From positions 1 to 64,000 of the forward strand of contig ADNK01001385.1 of assembly GCA_000320545.1 (NCBI GenBank): 64,000 nucleotides of DNA, read 5' to 3'. This DNA is from Bigelowiella natans CCMP2755 (Eukaryota; Protista; Cercozoa). Positions 1 to 14,265 of this stretch are shown in pieces (position 1 is the first letter of the stretch; the number at the start of each line of letters is the position of its first letter). The translations under genes and the position numbers were made by a program. The notes under the pieces are model-generated. The model had not been told where the DNA came from, did no database searches, and worked only from the letters and a program-made list of their open reading frames with translations.

Positions 1-547
1 GGTATTTGATCGTTGCTTGCACCATCCGGAATCCTTCACGACGCACAGTTCTAGCACAAATACATATATGTGTATATATGTATATATGTGTATACATTTG
101 TAGGAGAGAGAGGGGAGGGATGGGGGGAGGGGGGGAGGGGGGAAGAGGGAGCAGTGCTACAAATATAAAATAGGTGTTCTTGCATCAATACGGATGATTT
201 ATGCATAGTCAGAGGTTTTATGCATTACCGCGCGCGGTCTCCACACGAAGCCTTGATCACTGAGAAAATGGTACCCTCCCTGCCGTCTGCAACCTGCGGC
301 ATGGATGGTGATAAGAGGGCAGCAGAGCTCTTAAGGATATACTCATGAACGTCGATGCAACCACAACGTTGGGATTGTGACAATAATGCGCGTGGTCTCA
401 TCATCGTTAATGTTCTCCAAAAGCCGCACGTGTTTGATGATTTGGAAGCTCAGGTTACTCGCAGCTTCCGCTATGACCTGTGTCGATAATGATGATGATT
501 ATACCGGTAAGAACGAGAGAAACAGGCAGGAGGGGGGGAAGAGAGAG

Positions 548-592
<45 letters not shown>

Positions 593-942
593 GAGAGAGG
601 CGTAGCAGCAGCACCTTTTTGGTAATCTTCGCCAGGGAGAAGAGAGGGGTGAGGAACATGGCCGCAAACGGTAAAAAATCGCTGCGGTTGATATGTTTTG
701 TGGGGGGGCGAAGGGGGAGGGGGGGGAGGGTGTTATAATATTTGATGATGATACTTTTCGAACGATGGGTTGGCACATTGGTTCTCAGGTTTATTTCCCT
801 CATTTCATGCTTTCCAAACGATCCTTGACGCATCGTATCACAACTACCTCTTCCGGGACAAAACGATCGCTCCTATTTCCAAACAGCCTGACGTTGGCAT
901 GAGAGGGGGGGGAATCTTCAATCGGTGGCGATGGTGATGATA

Positions 943-973
<31 letters not shown>

Positions 974-2280
974 CGATGGTGATGACAGAGATGGACCAAC
1001 ATCAAAGGAGGGGGAGGGGGTAGGAGAGGTTGCTGTTTGCATTGCTCGTCACCCAGCTTGCACACTTGGGAGCGGCGGTCCGTCAGCTGATTTTATTGAT
1101 TGTTTTCATGTAAGTACGTGCATCTATGTGATATCATGATATATGATGATGATGATCCGTTTGAATTATGGCTAAATTGGTGGTGCAAATATCGTGGCAT
1201 CATCTTGTAGTTGAAGTTGCCTGAAGTAAGATGCGGCCCGTGAGGCGGGAGAACAGCTTTTGGAAGTGCTCGGGCGGCACACGGTCTAGAGGACGGCAAG
1301 GTAAAGCCAATGAAGAAGAAGAAGATGTCAGAATACAGCAATGAGTGAAATGAGGAGTTGCAGCAGCATTCACCACACACACCAGAAAGACACTACTTCG
1401 AGCACTTCCACAACACATCTCTGCTCCTCTCTTCCCAAGTTACGGTCGGTGTGTGTTGTCTGTGCATCATCATCCATTTCCCCCCTCCTTGTGCTTGTGG
1501 GCATTAAACCCTTGGGTGGGGTGGGTTGGGTTGTGGGGGAATTAAGAACAGAGGCACACTACTACTACTACTACTACTACTGCTACTACTACTACTACTT
1601 TGAAATACTACAAATACTAAATTGGTTGTTGCTATGATCGATCATACCCGTGTCGGTGCAGATCGCCCTAATGGCCGCAAGAGTCTTGCATCTTTGCAAA
1701 ACGACATTCAATAAGAGTCTCTGTGATTACGACACTATTGTCCCTCCCCCCCCCCCCTCCCACTCTCATCCCCCATTTTCACATCTATATACACGACATT
1801 CCACCGGCCTACTCAAGACCTGAGCGTCCAGGGAGCTGTTTCGTTCTTGCTTGGATCTCCCAAGATGCTTATCAGAAGCTCCTCCACGCTCTTTGGCAGT
1901 CCTGTAGACACAACAACCCCCCCCCGTGGGTAGGGAAGATCAACGAGGGCAACGACTAGCATCACTAAGATCCTCACTGAGAATGATACATGATCTGGAG
2001 ACTACTCTTTCTACAAGGCCGCTCACACACACACACACACACACACACACCCACACACACGCAGAGAGGGAGGGAGAGAGAGAGAGAGAGAGAGGCAAAG
2101 ACATGTACATGCACACACGAAATATAACACCATTAACGATGACTTCCTCTCCCCTAGTAGCTATGGCCTCCTCCTCCTCCTCCAACGTGGCGGCACCAGC
2201 AGCAGAAGTAGCAGCAGCAGCAGCAGCAGCCTCCAAGTTCTGAGTAGTGCAACATATATCAAACGATGTCAGGGGATTGC

Positions 2281-2313
<33 letters not shown>

Positions 2314-2383
2314 GGCACGCACACACATAAATAAAAAACAAACATATATATATATATATATATATACATTATTTTTACATAGT

Positions 2384-2417
<34 letters not shown>

Positions 2418-2819
2418 ATATATACACCATCGTCTCACTATTTCTTCATTTCGTCGTTAATCAATGCTCACCACGTTCTCAATGAACCGCTTCGTCGCGA
2501 CAGAGACTGCCGACCTCACGGATCTCGCGCTTGCACGGACAACAACACCACACACGTATGATTGAAGCACACATATGATAAGAATGGGGAGGATGGTGAA
2601 GAGGGTGAGCACGACAAAGGAAGCCTGGCATTAACGAGGATAACGACAACGGCGATGATGAAGGCCATTTAAGGCTCACTTGTCATCATCATCATCTTCT
2701 TCTTCTTCTAATGCAACAAGGTAGGAATATCTTTGTTGAAGGAAGGAACACCCGACACATTATTTCTGCTAGAGTCGAGGCCGCGCGTGTGCCATTACCT
2801 TCCCCACCGCGCTCTCTCT

Positions 2820-2861
<42 letters not shown>

Positions 2862-3242
2862 TTTACACCACCTTGGCGAGCCAGGGATAGGAGGTGATCG
2901 GAAACCGCAGTCATCGTTAGGAACAGTGTTGATGATGGCTCCTTCTGCCTCTGATGAAGTCTTGTTACTCTCAGTAGTGGAGGAGGGGGCTAAGTTCAGC
3001 TCTGGAATGCTGCCAATCGCTGCTTCCTCCTGCTCCTGCTGCTGGTGCTGGTGGTGGTGTGCGGATCTTGCATCTGAGATATCAAACGCGATGTTGCGTA
3101 GGGGAGAATGGCGGTCGTATGGCTATTGTTTTAGTTCATTCGGGAGAGAGGGATGGATGCTCAATAGGAAGGCCGTCACGATTGCAACGATCGTGATGAT
3201 CATAATGATGATGATGACGATGATGATGGTCATAAGGATTAT

Positions 3243-3277
<35 letters not shown>

Positions 3278-3800
3278 GAAGATGATATCAGCCGCGGCCA
3301 AATACGCACTAGCACACTCCTCGCATATACAATCGTTCCTCAAGTATTATTCCGCCGCTCGCTCGATACTCCTCCGCCACCACTCCCCACCTACCTACTC
3401 AGCTACCAACCCACTACCTCTTGTGCCCCGACGTATCATCGCAGCGGTGGTGGGGGAAGACTTGTGATCGACAACAGGAAGTTCTGATGGTCCCGGCGGC
3501 TGTGCAACCGCATGATGAGAACTCTGCGGACGTGAAGAGGGCGATGCTAGTGACGCATGCGAACTATGAGGTCGGGAAGATACCAGATCATCGTATGCTA
3601 GTGCCGCGGGGACGGGGGGGGAACCAGGAGGTTCTCCCGCGAGCAGCTTTTTCTCGAAGTCATCTGGAGGGAAAGGATCCGAGAGAAGGGGGAAGAGCTT
3701 TGATGATCCAATCAAGGGGAAGGTTCGGGTTGTTGACCCGCACAACGATAGTACTTTTAGTGCGTGAAGGATTATCATTGATATCATCGTCGAGGTCTAC

Positions 3801-3836
<36 letters not shown>

Positions 3837-4722
3837 ACCACCACCATCAGTAAGGGACTACCCATTTCAGAAGCCAGTTCGCCAAGGATAGGGTACAGCT
3901 CGATCATTGCTGGCAAGCTCGTTGCATCGCGGAGACTCCCCTTTTGCATCTCAGGGACTTCATTCTCCTCGGCTGTCGTAGGCATCAGCTCAACTCCCCT
4001 CTTGATGACTTGGCCGCTACCATCACCTTCAGATTGTTGTTTGTGTTTCGCAGGGTCATCTGCGCCCTGAATTTCGCTTATCTTCCTTGTCGAGACGATT
4101 GGGGGTGTTGTAGCCTGTGAGTCACCAGCAGATCGTTGCAGGTCCTTGTCTTTTACCTCCTCTTTTATCTCCTGCCTTGGAGTCTTCGAATCCTTTGCAG
4201 CACAAACATCATCAATGTAATTAAGCTTACCCTAGCACGATTAGGTTGATGACTCTTGGGATCGAGCTAATTTCGCATTTGTTGTGGGAAAGCTGGTGAA
4301 CATTAAACAAAAATCGACGCAAATGAACCCCCACCTAACCCAGATAAATTCGTCACATCTACCGAGAAAGCTGGTGTCTTCTCCTCCACTACTAAGTGTT
4401 TGCTTTCATCGTCATCTGCACCAACACTATTACCAACAATACTACCAACAGCGTTGTCATGATCTTCATGTTTTCCTTCATCAAATACGCCCTTCAAGTC
4501 TTTCTCGAAGTGTACACCGCCAATCGTTGAAGGTATGCGTTGCTCTCCCTTCGCCTTTTTCTTGTTGTAGCTCTTAGTATCCACTGCGATTTCCTTTCCT
4601 CCATCTTCAGGCCTTCCAATCGGTAGACTTATTGCGATAGGCCGATTAAACGCAGCGTTGTTGCCAAAATTTGAGTTGCTACTTTCCCCTGCTCGCTGTT
4701 CCTCCGATGATGCACATCCCAT
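1..4722 (-). CDS. Multi-exon gene, 3' end beyond window start; N-terminal MGC acylation motif and long low-complexity region; product unresolved (weak resemblance to cNMP-binding domains in downstream exons)
   Basis: ORF 4303-4722 begins MGCASSEEQ. Further coding-like minus-strand segments (DSKTPRQEIKEEVKDKDLQ ~4190, LGREEQRCVVEVLEVVSF ~1400, SFQIIKHVRLLENINDDETTRII ~420) are separated by microsatellite-rich introns. Exon chain not fully resolved. Confidence 0.5.
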
Positions 4723-5535
4723 CGTGTTCGTCGTTCTCTCTGTCTTTCTCCTTGAGATCTCTTCAGTCTTCCGACGTTCTCTCTGTGACTCTTCCTCTTT
4801 GCCCTTCCTTGGTGATCCTACTTGGGATGGGGAGGGAATATGCTGGGATGAGTCGCCACCATATTTGGATCTATCAGGGAATCAGATTTTCTACAAGAAG
4901 CAGAGACAATGAATGCACGGACGCTGGTGAATTTGATGATGCGGTCTCGGTAGTCCAAGGCATTCCCATGTTTTTGTGCGAAAGCGAGGCACGCAACCTT
5001 TCTCCCGAAAACAGCAGCGTAGCGGGCAACAAATGTTCATCGTGGCAGTCGTCGTAGTGCACGTGTTGTTAGTGGATAGAGCACGCACTGATCATCGGTA
5101 CTTTCGTAAGACATAAGAAAGGAGCATCACTCCGAAATATGCCGGGTAAACACGGCTAATTCTTTACCTGCGACATTCAGTGCGGAAGGCTTCTTTAGGT
5201 AATCTTGTGATTGCATGGGAAATGTCGCAGAGATTCTCTGGAGTTTTTTTTTGAAGTGTTGTCGCAGTTTGCTTTGGCATGTGTGGAAATATATTGATAA
5301 AATGCATGGTATTTCAGATATGCGTCATGGGTCTAGACGCATGACATGCGTCTTCTCACCCAACGCGCTTCCTGCATTTCTTGTCACCTCGCAAACGCGC
5401 AGCACCGGGTCTGCTCCCCTCCCTTCCCAGCCTCTCAGTGCTCCAACGCCGCAACTAACTTTAAAAAGTTGTTGAGGATATTAGTTTCTTTTCTCTTCCT
5501 TTTCGTTCAAAGGGCTCTGAACCGCCACCGGCGCA

Positions 5536-6747
5536 ATGCCCAAGCATGGGTTCCTGACCCCCAAGGCCATTGGCAACCGCATCAAAGCCAAGGGGCTGCA
5601 GAAGCTCCGATGGTACTGCCAGATGTGTAACAAGCAATGTCGAGACGAGAATGGATTCAAATGCCATACCATGTCGGAGTCTCATGCCCGCCAGATGAGG
5701 CTCTTTCGTGAGAACTCTGGCAAGTACATGGGCTATTACTCGGACATGTTCAAGAAGGGTTTTATGGAAGTGCTTCGGAGGCGCGGCAGGAACCGCGTCA
5801 AAGCAAACACCGTTTATATGGAGTATATCAAAGACAGGCACCACATCCACATGAACTCAACACAGTGGGAATCTCTGTCCTCTCTTGTGGTTTACCTCTC
5901 TAAGGCAGGCCTGTGCGAGGCTGACCAAACAGAGAAGGGATGGTTCGTGAAGTGGAAGGACACTGATCCTGATAGGATGGCACGTCGCAACGCGGCAGAC
6001 CGTCTAGATAAGATGAAGATGACGGCAGAAGCTGTTGCTGAGAAGCAGATCCAGGAGCAGGTGAAGCGTGCGTACGACTTGGCACAGAAAGAAGGTGGAG
6101 GAGAGGAAAACGAGGATTCGGGTAAGAAGGAGCTCAAACGGGACGAGAAAAGACAGGATCTACAGTTTGGACTCGCTACGAAGAAAATATCAACCCCAGC
6201 CATTAAAGTCGGCAACAAGGCGTTGTTTGATTCAGCAGCATCAACGAAGAAAAGAAAGAAAAGGCCGAAGGAGGAGAAGAAATCTACTCTTGAGATGATC
6301 ATGGAGGAGCAAGAGCAGGAGAAGAAAAGAAAGCTCGAAAAAGCTGCAGCAGCAGCAGTACCGGAGAATATTAAGAAAGAAAATTGGTTATTTCGGGAGA
6401 TCATTGTTAAAGTCTTAAACAAAAAACTTGCCGGAGGAAAGTACTACAAGAAAAAGGCAGTGGTGTTGAAAGTCCGAAAGAAGTTTGAAGGCGAGATAAA
6501 GATGTTAGATTCTGGCGATGTGTTGCGCATTGATCAGGAGTATCTGGAAACTGTTATACCTGGTGTAAAAAGACCCGTTCTGATTGTCAACGGGTCATAC
6601 CGGGGCTTTGAAGCTGAGATGGTATCCCTGGACGATGATCCAAAGGCCGACCAACCGACTGTTACCGTTAAGATTGTAGCCGGTCAATACAAGGGAAAGG
6701 TTGTCAAAGGGATTGATTTGGAAGATGTTTGCAAGCTGAGCAACTAA
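5536..6747 (+). CDS. KIN17: DNA/RNA-binding protein KIN17 (intronless, 403 aa)
   Basis: KAIGNRIKAKGLQKLRWYCQMCNKQCRDENGFKCHTMSESHARQM zinc finger, HHIHMNSTQW winged-helix motif, and C-terminal KOW/SH3-like region (IDQEYLETVIP). Confidence 0.97.
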   Translation: MPKHGFLTPKAIGNRIKAKGLQKLRWYCQMCNKQCRDENGFKCHTMSESHARQMRLFRENSGKYMGYYSDMFKKGFMEVLRRRGRNRVKANTVYMEYIKDRHHIHMNSTQWESLSSLVVYLSKAGLCEADQTEKGWFVKWKDTDPDRMARRNAADRLDKMKMTAEAVAEKQIQEQVKRAYDLAQKEGGGEENEDSGKKELKRDEKRQDLQFGLATKKISTPAIKVGNKALFDSAASTKKRKKRPKEEKKSTLEMIMEEQEQEKKRKLEKAAAAAVPENIKKENWLFREIIVKVLNKKLAGGKYYKKKAVVLKVRKKFEGEIKMLDSGDVLRIDQEYLETVIPGVKRPVLIVNGSYRGFEAEMVSLDDDPKADQPTVTVKIVAGQYKGKVVKGIDLEDVCKLSN

Positions 6748-7595
6748 AAATGGGCCAATGACTTACTTTGCAGCCGTCGTGGGTACAGTAATGGCGACTC
6801 TATTTGGTATCTGTGTGCTTTGTTTACAATAAACTTGCACGTTATAATGAAAAACAAATGAATATGTTTCAGAAACTCATGCAATATTTCATACATGCTA
6901 CCCAAGCTCTACCATGCTACACACATGCGATCCCTGTAGAATCACGTACGTTTAGATAGTTTACATGATATTTACAGGCGCCTGTATTTATGTAGCTATT
7001 ATTGAATTCGCTAGCTACGGTCATACAAGCTACTAGTAGGACGGATGCAAGCAATGAATTTTTTTTTGAAATGGTCATCTTCATGTAGCTACACACGCAT
7101 ACATCACTGATCAAGTGACGTACATGAATGTGTACTTCTAATAAAATGGGACGGGTTTGTACATTGCAGCGAATAAGCTACATTCTTTCAATAGTCATCA
7201 TAAAGTTGCATCTACACGTGATGAGCACCTAACAGCGAGGTTCGTGATGGCCTATGTATACATGCTGCAGCTAATCACTTAGATCATTCGTAGTTTAGTA
7301 GCACTAATATTTTGTGCCGCTGATGCTGCCATGACTAATGCCATAGCTAGATAGCGAGTGTCCGTATCATCCTGCTAAATGCACGAGTGAGCCAGACATG
7401 CCGCCCATACGCCAAATGTAGCCACGCGCAGCAAATCACGTTGGCCTTGCATATTCTTAGCATAGTGTGCCATTGACGTTTCGCGAGCGAGGATGGCTGA
7501 TATAGAACATGTGAGGATCCGCTGCAGAAACTCAGCATCAATGCAACTCTACTAGGTGCTGTTATTGATGATCTTGCAATTTGTGCATGTTCCCG

Positions 7596-9336
7596 TCAGC
7601 CATAGTACCATCCCATTCCGTCCTCTTCTTCCTCTTCAACCTGTGATGATGTGAGACGATTCGAAAATTAGCCAAGTAGAATGATCCCAACCACCGGTTT
7701 GCACTAAAACAATCCGTTTCCATCAACCAAGACGTATAAAACTTCCCCCTTAAAAATTAATGATTACGAGCGATAGAGCTCGGGACACGAAACAAAATTC
7801 AAAGAAATACTTACCGCCTCTTCATCTTCCTCGTCAATATGCTGCAGGAGCATATCTGTCGTGATTCTGCCGTCATTTCCAGTTCTACTATTTGAATAAT
7901 TGCCAACGCCCTAACATTTATGATGACCAGTCGTTAGTATTGCAGCAAGGGGGATGAAGAGGGCGAGAAGTATCAGCATGTTTCAATATATGAACAAATT
8001 AAACAGTCAATGTTTGGCAGCTGGGCCATCCTCACACACGAACAATCGCACACACACACGCACACGCACACGCAACGCAAGGCAACGCACAGACAACGAA
8101 CAGCACCTTTCGTTCATCTGCATTCGTTGTCGTCTTATCCCCCGTGGAATGAGCGCTACTCCTTGCGACTAATGCCTCGTCTCGCGCTAGCTTCCAACTG
8201 TCTCCCGACATACCTATTGCAATTTGAGGAGGGGAGGGGAAGGAGAGAGGAGGAATGAAATTCATAAATAATCTTCTCGGCCAGTTTGCGCATTCTCCAT
8301 CCTATGCAAGCACCTGTGCTATGTGCCACGTTGTTCGATGACTGTCGGTGCCCGGACCAATTCCTGCTGCTGCTGCTACCGCTATTCTGAGGGGAAGGAT
8401 GGACACTCTTGAGCTCCGCCTCGTCCTCTTCTTCAGCAAGATGAGAGGAGATCTCCCCTCCGTGCAGCTTTTCGTACCAGCTACGTTGTGCATAGCCATG
8501 TCCACAAATCATCCCAGCAGAGCAATGTTGTCGTCATCAGTCAGTCAGTCAGTCGCATATGCACAGGCTAGATATTGCATATACGCTATATGCTACTAGA
8601 GGAAAGCTAGGACAACGAGTAGGGATGTAACATCAGGTGCTTAGGTGAGAAAAACATGCTTTTCTACAACTATTACAACTGTAGCAACGAGGTACACGAT
8701 GAGCATTGAGCATCACGATCACCACCATCAGGACCTTTTAGTGCCTTCCGTAGTTTTCGGTTTGCCCCCTTCCCCCCCAGTAAACGTGAACTTTGATCTA
8801 GCACTAATGCTGCTCCTACTGCCTGCATTATTGATAATAATATTGGTGATGGTGGTAACGACGGACTGATGATAGTTCATGGAAATCCATCCCTCCCCCC
8901 ATTCCTGATCCCATAATTTAAAAACGACGCTCTTTCTCCTCTTTTTCGTATTATCTTGGTAGTGATCGTCGCAAACACCTGAAATGGTTATTGGAGACAT
9001 GGTAGGAGAAGGATTGACAGCAACCCTCGTGCTTGCTCTTCTCCCAGCTCCTCCTCCTCCTCCTATGATTGCATCAACACTCTTCGGGATCTGTGAAAAC
9101 GATGCTGACGATGATGTAGGTAGTAGCTCGGGGGTTGGAGGATGAAAGCGTGCACGGACCCACACGTGGTCCTTGGCCTGCATGTATGGAGCACAAAGGA
9201 GTAAATATTATATGGAAGAGAGAAGGGCGGATCAGTCAGTGTGTTTGTGGGTTCTGGCATCAGGATGACCATTACTCCTGTGCTTACTGAGTAGCAATGA
9301 CTACCGCTTTTCTTTTATCCCTTCCTTCCCCCAATC

Positions 9337-9385
<49 letters not shown>

Positions 9386-10216
9386 TGTGTCAAACACACA
9401 CACATACACACACTCAAGCGTCCGTTTATACCTCTGCTATCGTGAACCTTTTCTTCGCGTCAACATGAAGCATGTTTCTAATCAGGTGCCGCACCTAGCA
9501 GCACGGCATAGCAAAGTGAGTATGTGCAGTGGTAGGACGGGGCGAGCGTGCAAACAATAGATCGTGTGATGCTATGATCAGCAGTGTCTTTCTTCACCAG
9601 TAATCGCAGTACCGTCAGATAAAAAAGTAGCATCCTTTCTACTTTGCGGATCAGACAACACAGAATCATACCTCCTTGCTTGCGGGGGCAGGGAGGCGAG
9701 GTGGAAGGCCCCTCTTTATACTAGTGCATAGCTCCCTGACGCTGTGCTCGTAAAAGGGCAGGTATCCGTATACCATCACATACAGCACAACTCCACACGA
9801 CCACACGTCAGCGGGACAGGCATCATACCTTGTCGTTGGTATACCAAGAACACCACACGCAGAAGCAGCAGCATTAAGAGTAAAGTTTCGATTCGTCAGA
9901 TAGCGTTGCATGTGCAAGCCGTCCCCTTACTATGTGCATTTTTGTGTGTTGGTGACTGTTTTCTAGTATTCCGTCGTTATATTTGGTCGTGTTGTTTATT
10001 CGTAACTACCACTTTCCTTCTTGTCCTGCTGCCTTGTTGTTTACTGACCCTTCCCCACCGCCATTGCGCGAAGTAGCAGCCGACGTGTGAGGGAGCAATG
10101 AAGGTTCCGATACTTTGCTCTTTGGGTTGCTATTGGTATCGTCCTCTTTCCTACTTCTACTACCACTAGAAACAGCAGTTGGTAATTTGCTGGGCTTTGG
10201 TGATTGTGATGATGAC

Positions 10217-10249
<33 letters not shown>

Positions 10250-13021
10250 GATGATGAGGAAGAAGCTGCGGCAACTGCTGTAGTATTAGTACCAGTAGTA
10301 GCAGTTTTGGTGGTTGTGGAGGGAGAGGAAGTGGGAAGACGCTTTTCCACATTCTTAGTAATACTAGCAGTAGGAAATTTATTACTGCTACTACTACTCA
10401 TGGTAGCGGTGGTGGTTGTAGTGGTGGGAATGAGAGTGCTATTGTTATCGGTGTCATTGAAATCCTCAGTGCTGTCAGCTCTTTCTATAACAAGCTGTGT
10501 GTCCTCTGAGAGGCCCGCATGCTCCATACACCGGATCACCTGCAGACAGGTATGTAGAGGCACGAGGAAAAGTCGAGGATGGGGGGAGCGGGAGAACAGG
10601 GAAAGGCGGGAGGAAGACGATGAGTTTTCTAGATGATCAAAATGGACCTAGTATTAAAGCTAAATGCGCATGCAAAGGCAATACGTATATTGACGTTTTC
10701 CCCTTTCTTTTTCATCTTCGGAACGAGTCCTTAATAAATCTATCTTTCTCCATTTGATTTGGCCACTCATCTATTTGTACACACCTCTGGTGCGGAGTAA
10801 GCTGGTGTGCCTCTAGCCGTGTTCACCATACACTGGCTACTACCATCAAATGTGCTAAATATGATATTAAATTCAAAATATAAATGCCTTTACACACATC
10901 TGCAAGACACACTGATGCCGCAATCATCGAAACCGAAGTGGTCTCTCTTTGCTATTCCTATTGTTAGAAAATTATTCTCGTCACTAATGATAGGCACTGT
11001 AATGAGAGGGACCTGCTCAGGTTGAAATCAATGAGCTTGATCTTCCTTGAGCGAAAGTCCGTGAATAGGATATTCTCCAATTTGATGTCACGATGGCAGA
11101 CCTAAGACGTGAGTATGACATTGTCTTAAGCCTACACTTCACAACTAGCATTACTGGAAAAGAGACTGCGATCGTAGTGGTAGTTTAGTGTCAACAGCCT
11201 CTCCCCCGCCCCCACTTCTTTCCTATCATGGCGGAAGGAATTCCTTCGATCACCACTAACTACTCTGACGACCTTTAATTGCGTGTGCAGATAGTCTACA
11301 GCTAAGAGCAATTGCAAAAGTATCCGAGATGCCTACCAATACCACATATTACTTGCAAACAAAAACACAAATGGCTTTCGAAAAAGTATCGATAGCGTAA
11401 GTCCTACTACCTCGGGTTCGCCGACGGCTCCGTGTCGCTTCACCTGGGTGAATAAGTCCCCTCCACTTGCGTACTATGTTGAACCAAACAAGCACAAAAA
11501 CATGTTTGAGCATCGAATTATCCACGAAAACGATTCATAAGTCGTGCGATCAAATATACAACCTCGATGACAACATGCACGCAATCGTGAGCCTGGATGA
11601 CCTACGTTGAGTATGATTTTATTCATGCCGAGAAGACAGGAAGAAGAAAGACAAGTGTGGTTATCTGTACACACTTCTTTTGTTACAGTATTGGGACAGA
11701 TCAAGAGTAGTACGCATGATCGTGCACGTGAAATCATCTTAATTGCTGTCTTATTACCTCCTGAAGTTCGATGATGTTTGGGTGCCTTGCACGCCGCAAA
11801 ACTGCAATCTCCCTTTTCATGTTCTCGTTGTCATTTTCCTTCATTCGTTGCTATACATATTAGGAACCAGAGACAGTTTATCACTATTCAAAGAACGGAC
11901 AATATTCATGGGCAACAGTTGCATCATCGTTCTCCTTGTGAGTGCTGGTTATCACCATGATGAAGGTCTTGACGGCAACTTTCATGTTACCATTCGGTGT
12001 CGAGCACATTCGCACACATCCAAAACCGCCAAATGCAATGAGCCGATCGACCTTTAACAATGCGTATGCTACTTATTTTCGATGCAAACATATATAGTTG
12101 AATTGATGATAGGTGACCTTATACTTTCCGATAGTATTGTCACTACTCAATGATTCTGTTAAGATATTAAGACAGTTAACCCCACTTCTTTTGTAGCCAG
12201 GTAATAATCCAAACAAGAGTAACCTTTCCATTTTTTGGCAACATCATCGATATATTTCTTTTCCATGGCTGGCCCCGTTCTCAACTGGGTATCCGAATAC
12301 AATTCGGAAGCTTCACTGTTTTCCGGTCAAAAGGCCTTGGTTGTGCGATGAAGTGAGTTGTTAAAGTAAGCTATACTTCCTTCCCAAGTAGCTTACATTC
12401 AAATCTCCCCCCATTTGCAGTTTAGAAACATTTCTCAGAGGTTCCTATCCTCCTTCCGAGCGAGCAGCCTGGGGCAGCTAAGTTTGGCCTTCTTTCCAAG
12501 CTCCTTTTCGATTTTAGACGGCGTCGTCCTTGAAAGCTTGTCGCAGTGCAAAAACAGGCCCTGCTTCAACATCCAGTCGAAAGGGGTATGTCTCGAGTGG
12601 GATATGATCGAAGTCCGTCGGAGTTCCCCGGGCATTCGAACCGAATCCCGAGGGGGAAAAGAGGGACGGCGAGCAATGGCAAAATTTAGTAATCACAGGG
12701 AAGTTTTTTAGCGAAAAACAGCAAACAACATCCAAGAAGTTGTACTTTTCATTGTAAATGAACGAATGCGAGCAAGCGGCTAGGATGACATCGGATGTTG
12801 AGTCACTATCAAGCGGAAGGCGTATAATGGCGAATTTCTGCGACAAAGGCAGTGACGTAGGTCAGAGTTCGCAAGAATTTCGCAGATATATCCTCGAGAG
12901 CATCAGACCCACATGCCACGTTGCGTTGCGGGATGATCCTGAAAACCGAACGTTCCACTCTTAACACCAAGGACTCGCTAGGCCTCACTCCATTGCGATT
13001 CGCAGTACCATTGAAATCCAT
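7596..13021 (-). CDS. Ser/Thr protein kinase, CAMK group (SNF1/AMPK/CIPK-like), multi-exon, with a large Ser/Thr-rich insert
   Basis: Subdomains read in order on the minus strand: GGFGCVRMC..KVAVK (~12030), KREIAVLRRARHPNIIELQE, YASGGDLF, LLLAVDYLH, HRDIKLENIL..KLIDF (~11090), RGTPAYSAPE (~10800), DVWSCGVVLYVMVYGYLPF (~9800), KKRFTIAE. Last exon VEEEEEDGMGWYYG* at 7596. 5' end uncertain. Confidence 0.88.
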
Positions 13022-13082
13022 CTACACAAGCCCAATTCATATTTTGCGGTCAGAATAAAGCATTTACCCACTGAAGACAAGA

Positions 13083-13159
13083 CTCGGTTCAAACAGAATT
13101 TCCGCACTTCCGGATGGGCCCATCTCCAGACCTGGGAGAAAGAAACGCAATGTGGTCAA
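13083..13159 (+). repeat. Dispersed ~78-bp repeat, diverged inverted copy of 22868-22945 and 23240-23317
   Basis: ctcggttcaaacagaatttccgcacttccggatgggcccatctccagacctgggagaa matches the reverse complement of the two downstream copies. ORF translations share LPGLE(M/V)GPSG..EILFEPS. Confidence 0.85.
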
Positions 13160-13172
13160 CGAAGGAATAAAA

Positions 13173-13220
<48 letters not shown>

Positions 13221-14265
13221 TCGAAACAGTGGACGCCAACGATGCTACATGTACACCGTCTGCTAGCTACACTTTTGTTTAGCATGTGTTGCAAGCTGTG
13301 CTGCACAAAATGCACGTAGATGGACACGGATGCATGCTAGCTTTAGAATATAAGAGCAAGCCATGTGTGTATGCGCCTATAGCTTGTGTGCCATTATCAC
13401 ATCACACAATATACAAGTGTATGTACATAGCGCACACACGCCATCCACATGTGACATGCTAGCTAGCTAGGTGCAATTAGCTATGTGTCGTGTCGTGCCG
13501 TGCCGTGTCGTGTTATAGTGGCGTGTCGTTGTGCGTTTACAATATGCGCCATTACCGTGTCAATCGCTGCGATGCAAATGCACGCACGCACGTTGCATGC
13601 ATGCATGTAGCCCGATATTGCGGGCACATGCACAATTGATGTAATCACGACTTCATGTACGTACGTCTGTGAGCTATGGTACGTTATACGTACCCGATAG
13701 TTGACACAGCGGTACATTGATTCAACGCAGCGCAAGTGTTGGTATGACTGGTCAAAAGACATGCAATACAAAGCTACATGCTGTCCACTGTACACGTCTG
13801 CCCAGGATCATCATTAAATGTTGTGTGGCATAGCTGATAACAGCGTCTACTGCATGTCTATAACAGCGACGACTCAGGCGCGCTCGCAGCTCAGTTTTGG
13901 GAACCGATCGATTCTGTGCCATTTGTTGTATCTTCCACGCCGCACATCTCTACAGATCCGCATATCTTTTCGCAATCAGCACACACAAATGGTGCTCGAT
14001 GAATTGATTCATTCAAATGGAATGCTCAGGACGTGTCGGAACGTGTGGAAACTTGTTTGTATAATGTTGACAATGGAGAAAACACACAATTCCATGCAGT
14101 GCATTGCAGGCACAACTCACACCGTGTCTGTGGTCAGGGATGGGATCACAACAAAACTGCCTAGACGGCTCTCAACTCGGAGGCTCATTATAGCATTGTT
14201 CTGGTATATTATCATGCTCATCGGCCATCTGACGGGAGCTACAGTTGCGACTATCTCTCGGCCGT

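Noticed and set aside
377-3891. Many ORFs with poly-RE, poly-SL, poly-HT, poly-YI or poly-H runs (here and throughout the window)
   Set aside because: Translations of intronic microsatellites or antisense frames.
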